From: Adineta vaga
Taxonomy: Eukaryota > Animalia > Rotifera
Assembly: GCA_021613535.1 (NCBI GenBank)
Contig: CP075497.1
Span: forward strand, 4,154,001 to 4,218,000
Length of the DNA stretch: 64,000 bases
Reading direction: 5' to 3'
Shown piece after piece: positions 23,566 through 36,700 of this stretch; position 1 is the stretch's first letter; the number at the start of each line of letters is the position of its first letter. The translations under genes were made by a program, and so were the position numbers. The notes beneath the pieces are model-generated. The model ran no database searches. It was not told the origin of the DNA and saw only the letters and a program-made list of their open reading frames with translations.

Positions 23566-25797
23566 TGTTTAAAATGTTGACTATTGAATGATTTCTTTTT
23601 CTTCTTTTTTGAATAAGAAACATATATATATATATAGATTGAGAATGATCACAAGGCAACATATAGAACCATCTGTTACCTCTCATTCATTCACATGATT
23701 ATTTATATAATGGAAATCCTTCTTTTTATTTTTTAAGTAAAAAAAAATGATTCATTGAAGAAGAAAAAAACCTAATTTATTCGATTTCTTGTTATTATTA
23801 AATTATATGCTTTTTTTTCTTCATATCCTATAATTCTATTTACGGTTGTATGGTAGTCATCAGTCTTGTTATGTTGTTGACATACAGTACTTTTCTATTT
23901 TATTAAATTTCCAATAAGTTTTCTTTTTCTTCGTCTGTTTTGGATTATTTCCACATGAATTCTACTCATATCTGAGACATTAGAGACATAACGAACTGAT
24001 CAATCTATTGCTATCGAATTATTTGATTGAATCATATTCACTGATGAGTTTTTCCAAGAAAAAAAGAATCCTATATCAAAAATAAGCAAAACAATAGAAG
24101 AGGAAGAAGTCTTTCATTTGGTTGATGATCCTTAAATTCAAATCGACATCTTTACTTGATTAGTTTATGATTGAATTTTTTTTTCTTCTCTAGAATTTCT
24201 TAAATGATCTGTTCAAAAAGTATGCCGATGAGTATTGTTAATAGTGAATAAAAAACAATATTTCCATATAATATATAACCTTATTATTTATTCATCTTTT
24301 ATATGAATCCAAAACTAAAGAAGAATAATATAGAAAGCAATATAGTCTTTTTTTTCTCCTTCTTTTCCAATTCATCGAATAGTTATTCTGAATACATCAA
24401 CAAAAATTTCTTTTTGCATGCAACGTCATCACTTGTTCTTAGTGATGTTGCCATTCACTATTCCTTTCCGATTCGATATATAGAAGTAGATTCGATGGTC
24501 ATGTCGCTCAACATGACAAACGGATCTAAGCACAAGAGCAAAGAAGCAATGAGAAAAACTTGGTTGAAATCAAATAGTCGTAACATCATGCTCGACGATG
24601 TAGGTTAGAGACGAACGGGAACGAGAGAGAGAGAGAGAGTGAGAAAATGTGTGAAAGGCAGAAAAAAAAGAAGTAGGAAGAGAAGCGTGGCGTAGCAAAG
24701 CAAATCGTTAGCTATCAAATATCTTTCACAGTAGGTTTTCTCTCACTCTCTCTCTTCCAAATGCATCTATCGAGACTTCTTCTAAAAAAAACATTCGATC
24801 GGTATTTTGATGAGCTTGTTTCTTTCATCAATACTATTTCGTGAGTATAACAAAGACTGAATTGTAACGATTGTTTTCACAAAATAACAATAATATTCCA
24901 TTAGTTTAATTAATCTCGTGAAATATTCAACGATATGGTTGTATGAAATCGAGAAAGACCTACACAAATTATGTTAAACTGATTTCTAATTTAGTAGACA
25001 TACTGATCATGATTATCTGAGAGTTCTTTGTGTTTTTTGTTAATAAATGGCGTGTTTTGTTCTCTATTACGTAGATGCATTGGTCTCAATTAACTTTTCT
25101 TTCATTGACAAATGCCTTAATTTGTTTTATTAGAATTCTACATTCATATGTAGGAAAACTGGAAGTTATTTTTTTTTTACTTGTCTAAAAATATTCTCAT
25201 TCCAAAAAAACAGAAATGTTTTCTTTCTTTCATTTTCTTTTGTATTTCCATGAGGTCGGATAAGTTTTTCTGATCGTGTCTTGTTTTGATTGATCTCCTG
25301 CCACTAACACTTAAAATATGAGACTAGAAGAAAAATGTTTTCTTTTTGCTAATATATAAATATATATATATGTAATGATCAAATTCATGTCGGCTTTTCT
25401 AGTTTTTTGTTCATCCATTTTGCTTTCTATGGTGGCTTCCTTTTTTCATTACGATTATCAGAGAAGAACCATGTCGAAACACATACTCATACTGAGAATG
25501 ATGTTAGAGTTTTATAGAATGTGCCGAGAAGAATAAGGATAAGATCTCTTTTCGACAGATACTATTGAATTGTTATAGAAATGGTAATAGCGAGTAATGT
25601 TGACAGAAGAAGAAGAAAAAAAAACTGAGATTGATGTTGAAAATGAACATACATATATATGTCAGTACTTCTTTAAATTATTACATCAGTTACTTTTTTT
25701 TTCTTCTCGTTCGAATCTTTTGTTATATATGTTTTCATTGCAGATATTAATTCATTCTAGTTACATTTACTAAATTAAATCAAATTAATAAATCATC

Positions 25798-28083
25798 ATG
25801 GCTTCATTTATCATGAAACAAATGATGGGTTCTCAGTTAGATAAAGTTAAAGGTATGTTGTTGTTGTTGTTTTTCTTCTTTTGTATAGAATATTAGTGTT
25901 TCGTATTGATTGTAAGCAATATTTATTGAGAAAAATCTGACATTGATTTACTGCTTGACTAAAACAAATATGTTTTTTATTATTTTTTTGTCTTTTGCTT
26001 TCATTTCGCATACTCTTGTCTATTTATTTGCCTTTTAAACACTCTCAAACTCTATAAGAGAATAGAAGAACAGGAAACAAATAAGGCGACAAAGGATGTT
26101 GAATACATATTTTTCTTTCTTATTCTCTAACTGCTTGTATTTATATAAATAGATGATAGTAATAACTCATCAATAAAACTCATTCGGGTCGTCAACATGA
26201 GAGTATTAGATTGAAGACGCGATATATTTTTGTTTTGAATGTAAGACAAGAGCTAACTGATTTGATGATGTTCATATCCGAATGAATTAACGATTACATT
26301 GAGCTTTTAAAACAAATCGAGATAAGAGACTAGAGAGAAAGAGAGAAATATATAGATTAGTTAGTTAGTATTATGAGAAACGAAGAATAGAGAGAAAAGA
26401 AGAAAAAAAAAGTTCTTCAGTTTACTATCCACTCGTCTAGTATAAAGATGAGTAATAAATTCGATAATAAAAGTAAGTGAACAATTAAAGTCATATCTCT
26501 TGAATGAAATAATTCAATGATATATTTGATTTTTCTTCTTATTATAGAATTGGCCGGTGGAGATGGAGAGAAAAAAGAAGGTGGTGGTGCTGATGATGAA
26601 GAAGATCCAGAGGTAAAATAACATAAACATCTCTCTTTTGCTTATATTTTCTGATTGCTGAAGAATCTTCTTTTCTAATAAACAATTCTTCTTTATTGCG
26701 TTTAGGAAATACTTTCAACTAGAAAATCATTGAATTATTTTCTATTTTAATTTCTTCTCTCACATAAATGCATGTTACTGCCTTTTTCAGCAACATTTGC
26801 ATGAATGTGTTCAGTTGTTTTTATCTGAATTATGTTCATATTTATCTATCAAATGTTTATATCAATTTATTTCCTTTCATTTCATAGACAGATTGTAGAT
26901 TTGAACTGCGAAATAGAATAGTGTTTTTTTTAACAAGTAGCATGATATTCCTCTGCTTTGACTTTTATTAGTTTCTCCGCCTCCAGAGGTTTTCTATATT
27001 CCACTCTCTCGATCATTTTCAAGTGAACACTGAAAATGAGTAGTATTTTCCGTAGGTTTTTTTCTTCTTCTATTTCTTGAAAAACTAATGAACATTTCAT
27101 ATAGTCTCTCAGATATTTTCGTCCTGTTCGGTCACTAGTTGAAGACATCTGATTTTTCTTGACAACAATACAATTCAATGGATAAATTCGGTATTAATTC
27201 GTTTTTCCTATCAGCAACTTCACCATGTCCAACTCGACGTTTTTCACTTGTGCCACCATTCAGTAAATCTACGTCATCATCACCATTAAGTACACCGATG
27301 AATTTTCGTCGAAAGAGTATGATTGAATCATCAGAGGTAAGTGGATGATCATCAAGTTATTAAGTAATAGGATTGAATCTCTTAATTGAATTTTTGTTAG
27401 TAAAAAGAGACATGTTTTGACTAATTTATTTAGGTAGCCGAAGCTCGACGTGAAGCTGATGAAAAACGTAATGCAAAATATGCTAAAATGGAACGACAAC
27501 GTGAAGAAGTTCGACAAAATATTCGAGAAAAAGTAAATTTCATTTTGTTTTCTCTATTCTTCTAATCATATATATTTCAAATGGATTGTTTACTAACAAT
27601 AACTAATCTATTATGTAAATTCATCACGAAATGACCAAAATATAGACACACACACGCTATAGTTACTCTACATGTCTTTCAGGATTGATGATAAAAGTCT
27701 AACAGATGACAATAAGCTTTCAATTGTGTGCCTGTTGACCTTCTTTTTCGGCTAGAATCTTTGTAGATAATCTTGTCTTATATCGATTAGAAAATTTCTA
27801 TTTATAATTTCAACAATAATGGTTTATTTAGTATAATATCAAGAAAAAAGAAGAAGCACTTCCTCCAGTTCCAGCACCATGTGAAGGACGTTTAACAGCT
27901 GATAAAAAAGGACCTATACCATTACCAGATGATGATGATAGTAAGTTGTTTTTTTTCTATCTTTTCATTTTTTACTAAAATATGTTTTCTCATCATTCAT
28001 CAGGTTTTGATCCAATTAAAATGGCTACGGACGCCTTCAATACTATTTCAGAAAAATTACCATTTAAATTACCTTGGAAATGA
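25798..28083 (+). CDS. cpx: Complexin (synaphin), 5 coding exons
   Basis: MASFIMKQMMGSQLDKVK|ELAGGDGEKKEGG...EEDPE|VAEARREADEKRNAKYAKMERQREEVRQNIREK|YNIKKKEE...EGRL...|FDPIKMATDAFNTISEKLPFKLPWK*. All exons are below the ORF-track size limit. Confidence 0.93.
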
Positions 28084-28269
28084 CTTTGATCTGAATAAGA
28101 AATTTTATTTCCAATACAATAGGTTAACCCAAACTTTACAGGCACTTATACATATACATACACATTTATTTATTTATTTTTGTTCGTTTTATGAGTAACT
28201 GCTCATCTATATATATATATTAGCTTGATTTTGTGTAAACAGAAGAAAAAAAGAAAGAATGTCAATAAA

Positions 28270-28964
28270 TTAAACCGTTGAACTATGTTTCAATAAGACA
28301 TTCGTTACATTACGTGCATATGATTTAATTAAATTTAATTGTTGTTCATCCAAGAGAAGAGCAACTATTCCAATGATAAAAGCAACAACAATAGTAAATT
28401 TAAGTAAATTTTTAAATAGATCTTGTAATTGAGTATAAACAAATGTAATAATACGTAGAGGTAAGGCAATAAAAAATGTGAATAAACGTGAAATAAGTGT
28501 AACCACACGAATAATTGGATAAGTTATTCCATAAATTCGATTGATAAACAATGATATACCTTGATAGACTGAATAGAATGGAAAACAAAATGCTAATATA
28601 ATTTGAACAAGATATCTTATACAGAAAGGTAATGATGATAACATATTATTAAATGTTGCGATTGAATAATGTAAAAGATTGAAGAATTGAAAGATTCCAC
28701 GAATTAAATTGTAAAAAAATCTTCCGATTTCCGCAAAACGATTAGATGACGATGATCGTGCATATGAATATCGAACGAATCTAATTAATATATGAATATT
28801 CATTAACACTAGAGAAATTCTTCGGAAAGAATAAGTCTATTTTTAGTTACACATCGAAAAGTGTCAAATTTCTTTTGAATTTTCACACTATATTAAAACG
28901 TGTAAGAAAAAAAATCTTACCCTCCTCTTCCATTTGGAATATAACTAAGATGTTCAGTTGACAT
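28270..28964 (-). CDS. Hydrophobic/membrane protein of unknown function, 2 exons
   Basis: Exon 1 MSTEHLSYIPNGRG (ATG 28964, phase-2 donor at 28920) splices in frame to the long ORF FVRYSYARSSSS...; several hydrophobic segments. Confidence 0.65.
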
Positions 28965-29304
28965 TCTTTCTTTTGCCGTTTTTTTTTAAAGAAAATTAGA
29001 AATTTTTATTCTTTGTTATTTTATATGATTTTCAATAGGGTGAAAAATACACCATTCGTATATCTATAATTGTCTGACATCTATTGAGGGATTTTTTATG
29101 ACTCGAAATGATATTAACCATCCAACCAATCTTTCTGTTTTCTCTTCTTCCTTCTTCTTTAACAAACGAACGAACGAACGAACGAACGAAGAAAAAAAGA
29201 CGATGTAAATTACACTGTCAATCACTCTCGCTCTACAGATTAACTTCACTTGTTGACTTCGTATATTGTTGTTTATTATTGTTCATTCGTTTACAAGATT
29301 ATTT

Positions 29305-31189
29305 ATGGTTTTAAATCCATCTGAAATGGCAAATCTTGATGAAGAATCACGTTGGTTACATTCGGATGCTGATCTGATCTCTGGCCATGGCATTATTTAT
29401 AATGTTAATGTAATCAGATTTATTATCTTTTTATTACTGATTTAACTAGGATTTCTTTCTTTTTTTTTCAAGTATCTAGGATCAGTTGAAGTACTTTGTT
29501 CAATGAAAACACTTGATTTTGATAATCGAACACGAGTTGCACGAGATTCAATTCGTTTAGTATGTGCTGCTGTTGGAGTAAACTTACGAGAGCGGCGTAA
29601 AGTAAATAATTCGATTTTCTAATCGATTAAATTTGAAGAAAAATAAAAATGAAATTCTTGATTTTCATAGCCTGAAGTATCTTCAACTGTTCAACCAATG
29701 ATTGCTACGCAAGCAAATTTGACACATAGTCATATACCTGTTCAATTGACAATAAGTACCGAAGCACTTGTTCTTAAACGATCCAATGATTCTCAAATAC
29801 TTTATTCACATCGTATGGAAGGTATTTCATTTGCTAGTGCAGGTGAACATGTAAGAATGTTTATTGTTTTAATGATTCATTTAATGAAACGAATCTTTCT
29901 TCTAGGATACAAAAGATTACATAGCTTATGTTGCAAAAGATAATATGAATAGACGTGCATGTCACGTACTTTTATGCAAAGAAAATGAATCACTGGATGT
30001 TATTACAACAATTGGACAAGCTTTTGAATTAAGATATAATGAATATATTCAATTACAACAACAATCAGATGAACAACAAGGGTAGAATAGATTATGTCTT
30101 TATTTACTTTATTGTTATTATTTTTCATTGTCATATTTAGTTCATTGAAATCATCGGATCATGATCGACAGTTCCAACAGGTAAATTATTATTTACTTTT
30201 GGTTATGAACAACATCACTTTTGTATATTTTATCAATTCAAGAAATCGGATGATAATCAAATTCGATCTACTTCAACTAGTAACAGTAATCAAACGACAC
30301 CCTTACAAAGTATGTATTAATTCTATTAGTATAGACATTTTCTTTTTCCTAATATTAACTCTAATAGTTCATGGTCATTATCAGATAAGTATTTTACCAT
30401 TCTGGATTTGGTATAGACAAAGAAATGAATCTATAATATTGACATACCATAGAAAAATACGACAGAAGACAGAAATGAATATATCATATTTAATTTTCTT
30501 CTTCAGACATTAATATGGCTTCTCATTTCTATGTTTCGATGACCTAATGTACATTTCTATATAGACAGACAAATGATATCGTATATATGAAAGAATAAAC
30601 GTTGAATAAATATCAGTTATATATTTTTTCATCTTATATAAGTAGACGAATGACAATTTGAAGTGCTTCTTTTGAAAAGACAAATAATGAGTATTGTTTT
30701 TATTCTATGGTTTCGATATTTTAGATAAATGGAACACAATGAATAGTCCAGATGTTTATAAAGAAAGTTGGTTCCATGGAAAGATTAGCCGAGAAGCGGT
30801 AAGAAAAAGAAAAAAAAGAATATAAGTCTAAGATTCAAATTCTATTGGTGTCGATTGATTTAGGCAGAACATTTATTGACTCGTAGTGGAGATTTTCTTG
30901 TACGTGAAAGTGCTAAATCACCTGGTCAATTTATTTTATCAGGTCGTTATTATGATCTATTTAAACATCTTTTACTCGTTGATCCTGAGGGAGTAGTAAG
31001 TATTCATAAATCTATCAAATGTTATCAGTTATTTTAATCAATCAAATTGTTTCTTTTTAGATTCGTACCAAAGATTATGAATTTGATTCAATTCAACATC
31101 TAATTACATATCATAAAGCAGGCAATATTCCGATTGTCTCTGCTGATAGTGAACTTCTTTTACAAACACCTATTCGACGTTCTACATGA
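29305..31189 (+). CDS. SHC: SHC-family adaptor (PTB plus SH2)
   Basis: PTB WLHSD...[59 protein letters not shown]; SH2 [38 protein letters not shown]. Confidence 0.93.
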
Positions 31190-31565
31190 GTTTGAATATC
31201 TTATTTACATAGTTGTAGATAAAATGCTATTTCAAACAAAAAATATATTGTATATCTCACCGAGATTTATTTGTATATTGTTGTGAAATCGAACAATATT
31301 ATTTTTTAGATGAGCCAATTTACTTTTCCGAACAGTTCTTTTTTTTGTCTTCTTTTCTATTAGATTTTCTGCTTGACCTCATCTTCTTCTCTATTTGACG
31401 AGATGAATTCTATAGAAATCCTTTTACTTATCTATTTCCTTGTTTTATCGTTTCATTTATCTTTCCCGACTAATCTATCTTGTTTTATTTTATTTTGTGT
31501 TCTTTCATAAAATAGAGATGTTTTAAATCAAAATAATCGTGTTTTCAGTTGTGCCAATATATCAA

Positions 31566-32356
31566 TCATTTTTTTAATGAAAAAAGATTCTTAAAATCAC
31601 CAAGACTTTTGTTATTATTCCGAGAATAATTCTCTTCAGATTGTTCATCATCATCATCATCATCATTCAAATTATCTTGTATATCATCATCTGTTGTTAT
31701 TGGTAATCTTTTATGAAAGCGTTTGGTATATTCTTCTATTGTATGAGGAATATCAACTCCTTCAGCATTCGCAATCATCCGACTTTTTTCAATTAAACAA
31801 CTAAAACAAACGTGTTGATATCTTCTCGTAGAAAATTCTCTTGTTTTTACTCGAGTTTTTCTTTATATGTAGGAGAATTAATTGGATCGTCTTTATATTT
31901 TCGATAATCAATACTAGCATCGATATTTGCTGGTGAAGATATATTTGGTTCATTTAACATTGAGATAATACTTAAGAGAATAGATCGAACATTTTGCACT
32001 GCACTCCATCGTTCACAAGCTTTTTCTCCACTACGTTCATCTTCACCTGGTTCATGAAGTATTGAAATACAGATGTGTCCATCAGGATAAACATTTGGAT
32101 GCCATATATCACAAAGAAATTTGAATTTCGGTGGTCGATATGGATATTCAAGAGGAAATTTTAGAATACCTTTATAATAACCACCAGCAAAGAGAGTATC
32201 TGGAGCTCCAAAAATACCAACATGCCAAGTAAAAAAATCGTTTTGATCTGGTTGAACAAGAAATCCTTCGGGTGGATTTTTAATTAAATCAGCAAATTCA
32301 TTTTTCAAAATTTTTAATGATCCATGTTGGTGACTATCGTTATTGACATAAGTCAT
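31566..32356 (-). CDS. UBE2R: Ubiquitin-conjugating enzyme E2 R / CDC34-like, 2 exons
   Basis: WHPNVYPDGHICISILHEPGEDERSGEKACERW (acidic loop insertion), QNVRSILLSIISMLNEPN.SSPANIDAS and an acidic C-terminal tail. Confidence 0.88.
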
Positions 32357-33741
32357 AAACTTATAAATAGATACGACGTGTTTTTATTAAATAAATACAG
32401 TTTTGTTTATGATAAGAAAAAAAATCGTTAAATGTTGAATGGCGGGTAGAATTTTCAATTGCTATTATTTATATTTTAGATCGACATACTTCAATTGTGA
32501 TGGACATTCTACCGGGACAAACAGACGTAAGTGTGTTGAGTGTTGATTGACGATGAACGTGTTCATTATACCCACTTTAAAACTCTTCTTCTTTCTTTCT
32601 TTCTTTCTTTTTTTTACTCGTTCTCTTCTCCTATTGGCATTATTTCTTCAGTCAGATTAACAAGAAGTTCATTTTCTACATACATTCTCTCTTGAGAAAA
32701 TACATAAATCTAAAACGACAGACAAGAATGTCAATTGCCTAGAAAATATTTCTGGATTTTTCTTCTCAATTATCGTCATTCAATGTTAATCTCGTCCGAT
32801 CTATACTATTTCAATGAGGTCAGTAGAAAATGTATGTTTATTAACGATTTATTTTCTTCGTAGAAAAAACAAAGAGTGAAAAAATGATAGGTATGTCATT
32901 TACGTCAGCATAAATGTCGATAAAATACAGTTAGAAAATTGACTTTGACAGAAAAAGTGTATCTTATTTGTTATTCTATTGTATCTAATCATGATAATAT
33001 ATCATATATGTATATATATACAACGTGACTTTCATTCAATGTTAAGAAGAGAAACGAGTAGAAAGTTATTTTTATTTCATCGTGTACTATTATTAAATTG
33101 AATTTGTTTCATTTAATTGTTGAACAAAATTCATTTCATTTGATCAATGTCAAATAGGATATAAAATAATAGCTTTCATGTTCTTATCTTCTTCTTCTTC
33201 TTTTTTGACGACAATCTAGAATGTAGAAAAAAAATACTCGACCGGTTAGACATCTCATCGAATGCATGCACGCAAGCATGCAATCGGACACAGTATAGTA
33301 GGAGAAAAAAAGGACGCTGGGTTAAGAAAAACCTCCGTAATATACAATGGAGAGAAAGGCGAACACAACATGTATCGATTCAGATTTTTTTTCTCCTTTT
33401 ACCTGAGTGACAAGAGCGAGAGAGAGAAAGAAGAAAGGACAGAAGAACGCGAGTCGAAGTCTAAATAAACGACGTTTGTTTTTCGTCGTCTTATTACGAA
33501 TCGGTCCATTTCCTATACTTGAACTTCTTTTTTTTCTACAAACGAAAGCACAAAACGTCGTACAAAAACGTGCGTCTTCCTACACAAGCGTCATTTTTCA
33601 TTACGTTACGCTTGCTTTGCTTTTTCCTACCTTGTCTCTATCGTTTTTTCTGATTGTCTAATATTGAAAACGACTGAAAACGAAACGCAGAAGGTGCAAA
33701 TTATAAGTAACGACATATAAAGTATAACGTAATAAACTATT

Positions 33742-36700
33742 ATGGCTACTGATGTATTAGACGAACATCGTTTTACCAGTCAATGTTCCATATATGAACC
33801 ACCACGTACTCGATTATCCAAAGAAGGAAAACGTCGTATAACTGCAGGGTCAACAGCAACATTATATGATACAACATCAGCATCTTCAACTGCTCGTATT
33901 CGTCGTTTAAGATATTCAATACATACACAATCAAGTGTACCAAACGCCTCAACAAACAGTCAAACTATACAAAATCGACATTCAGTTTCGAATGATTTTC
34001 TATCTCTATTTCGATCATTGGCAATGAAACCGTTTAAGACATCATCAATGACAAATGCCACTACTGAAGGACAAACAAATCATATTATAGGTGGTAATCA
34101 AATAAATAATAAACCATCAGTCAGTCTTCTCAAATTTCGTCCATTGAGTGACAGTATAACCGATCAGACATCATTGACACAATCAACTCGTGTATGTATA
34201 TGAAAGAAAACGAAAGAAATATGTGTGAAAAGTACTTCTTCAAATCAAATTGAGAAGAAATAATATTCTCATTCGAGAGATTCTTTAAACATGTATAGAA
34301 GAGAAAGATGTGATGTAACCATTAACATACAATCTTAAATAGGTTCTATTACAATCACGATGTAGAAATCAGCGATAAAACATTTTCATGGAAAAATAAT
34401 TGAATGATGTGTTCGATCGCTTGTCTAGCTACTTCTATAGAGTACTTCTCTCTTTCTTATACACCCTCAACTTTGATAATGTACAAAAATCATAGTCGAA
34501 ACAAATGGAATATAAAAATCAAAATTCCTTACATACTTATTTCTATTCAGAGAATTGTTTTCAAGGTTTTGTTTTACAGATTTCATTTATATGACTAGTC
34601 ATTTATTTGTGAAATAAAGACGCAAAGGTCATGTAATCTTTACAAATATGTCCCCTTGGAATATCTTTTTCTTTCTTTTCGAAAAAAAACATGCAGTCTG
34701 CCAGTGTAATAGTAGCATATAATTCTAAGATAAAGAACGATGTGTGCTTTTTTATTTTTCATCGAGTAATCGAAGCGCATTAGAATAACAGAAAAAAAAT
34801 CGAGTCTTTCGCGGAAAAGCGTCAGACACTCGTAGTGTTTGGTTAAGCATACATATCTTTTTTTTTTGAGATTTCGACCTTGTTTTTACTATAAATACAA
34901 GAAAACAAGGAACATATGAATCGGTACTAAACTAAAATGCCGTGTAGTCCGTGTATTACTCTCACATATGATATCTATGATCTTATTCAACTAGTAAAGA
35001 TTGATAAAGAATTCTAATGTTATGAGAAAAAAAATGAATGATTTATTCTTTCTTTTAAGCAAACTGAAGAGTTTCTTAAACGGATGGGATGGCCGATATC
35101 TTCGACAACGGATGAAGCACGTGTTAAATGGAAGATAGCAATGAAATTTTTAATTCCAACTAAATTCGAAGTCAATCGAGCCATTGAATTGTACAAAACA
35201 CACGAAGTTTGTAGAGAAAATTCATTTGAAAATTTTTCATTTCATTTCATTTTTTTCAGAATACTCGAAAAACAGAAAATCTTGATCGTATTTGGATCAG
35301 TAATCCAAATCTTATACGAGAAATACAATCAAATAAATTCTTTTCACTGGTAATAGATATCATTTATTTATCAAAACACGTAATTATTCAATATTTCTTT
35401 ATATTTTAGCCACAATTACCAAATCAACCATTAACGGTATATTTCAATGCATCACAACTTGTAATAACTGTACCTACCACTACAATTTCACAACATGATC
35501 GAGAATTAGTAGCATTACAAGCATTAATTTGTCAACTCGATGTAGCTACTGAAAGGTTTGTTAGAAATGAATATGATTCACTTATTTCCTATGATTTATT
35601 TAGTATTGATATTCAACAAACTGGTTTAAACTTTATTTATGATATGCAAAATTGTTCAGCATCACAATTTGATATGAATCTCAGTAAAAAAATTCTCAAA
35701 CTTCTACAAGTAGATCTTATTCTCTTTTTAATCAGCAACTAAATGAACAATTCTGTTTAGAATGGATATCCAGCTATGGTAAAAAATATCTTTATCATTT
35801 CAGCACCAAAATGGTTCAAAATAGCCTATAAGGTACTCTCAATTTTTTTAAGTCGAAAACTGCGTGATAGGGTGAGATAACATCGAGTGTTTGTTAATTG
35901 GTTAAAAAAAACTTCTTACGTACCATTCGTTCATATCACATTATCACGCGCATGTTGTCTCTCATTTATTCACTATTCACACACATATACACATTTCGAT
36001 TTCGTCGTTGTTTTTTATTTGTTCTTATATATGAAATTCTCATCTATTTTTCATCTAGGTAACAATGTCGACTCCAGATCAAATGCGTGAATTTCTTCAA
36101 ACTCAATATAATTATTCGTTAGAAGATATTCCTATAACATTAGGTGGTACCTATGATCCTGCTTATCATGGTGATAATCGATATCAAATATGTTTGTCAA
36201 CAGTAACGAATTCTCAATCGATATGTTTTTCATATTATTCAATTGATTGTCAACAAAATCCAACGAAGACAACAAGTAATATTCTATTTTTTAATACCGA
36301 TCATCACCATCATCATCATCATTCGCATCAAAATCAAGATGCTATAAATACAATACCATCGTTAGCGACTACAAAAACAACATCACCGCAAACATCATTG
36401 GTTGCTATTGTTGCTTTAAGACGACATCATGAATCGGCATCGCATGTTCGGGTACGAAAACGTGAATCGTCATCATCAAGTGATGGTGAAAAACGTAAAC
36501 GAGGATCCAATGAAAGTCTATTAGAAGAAGAAGAACCATCATCAATAATTACCTCTCAATCATCCATTCCACAAGAAACTACATTCGAGTAAATATAAAG
36601 TGTATTTTGTTATTCGTTTTATCATTTATAGAATAGTAATTTGCTCTTTCTTACCTACACATTTGAGTCATATTTTCGTTAATAAAAAAAATCGGAAGAA

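Noticed and set aside
36065-36592. Apparent stand-alone 175-aa gene
   Set aside because: It is an internal PTPN9 exon; the phase-2 donor GA|gtaaat just before the stop joins the exon at ~37719 in frame.
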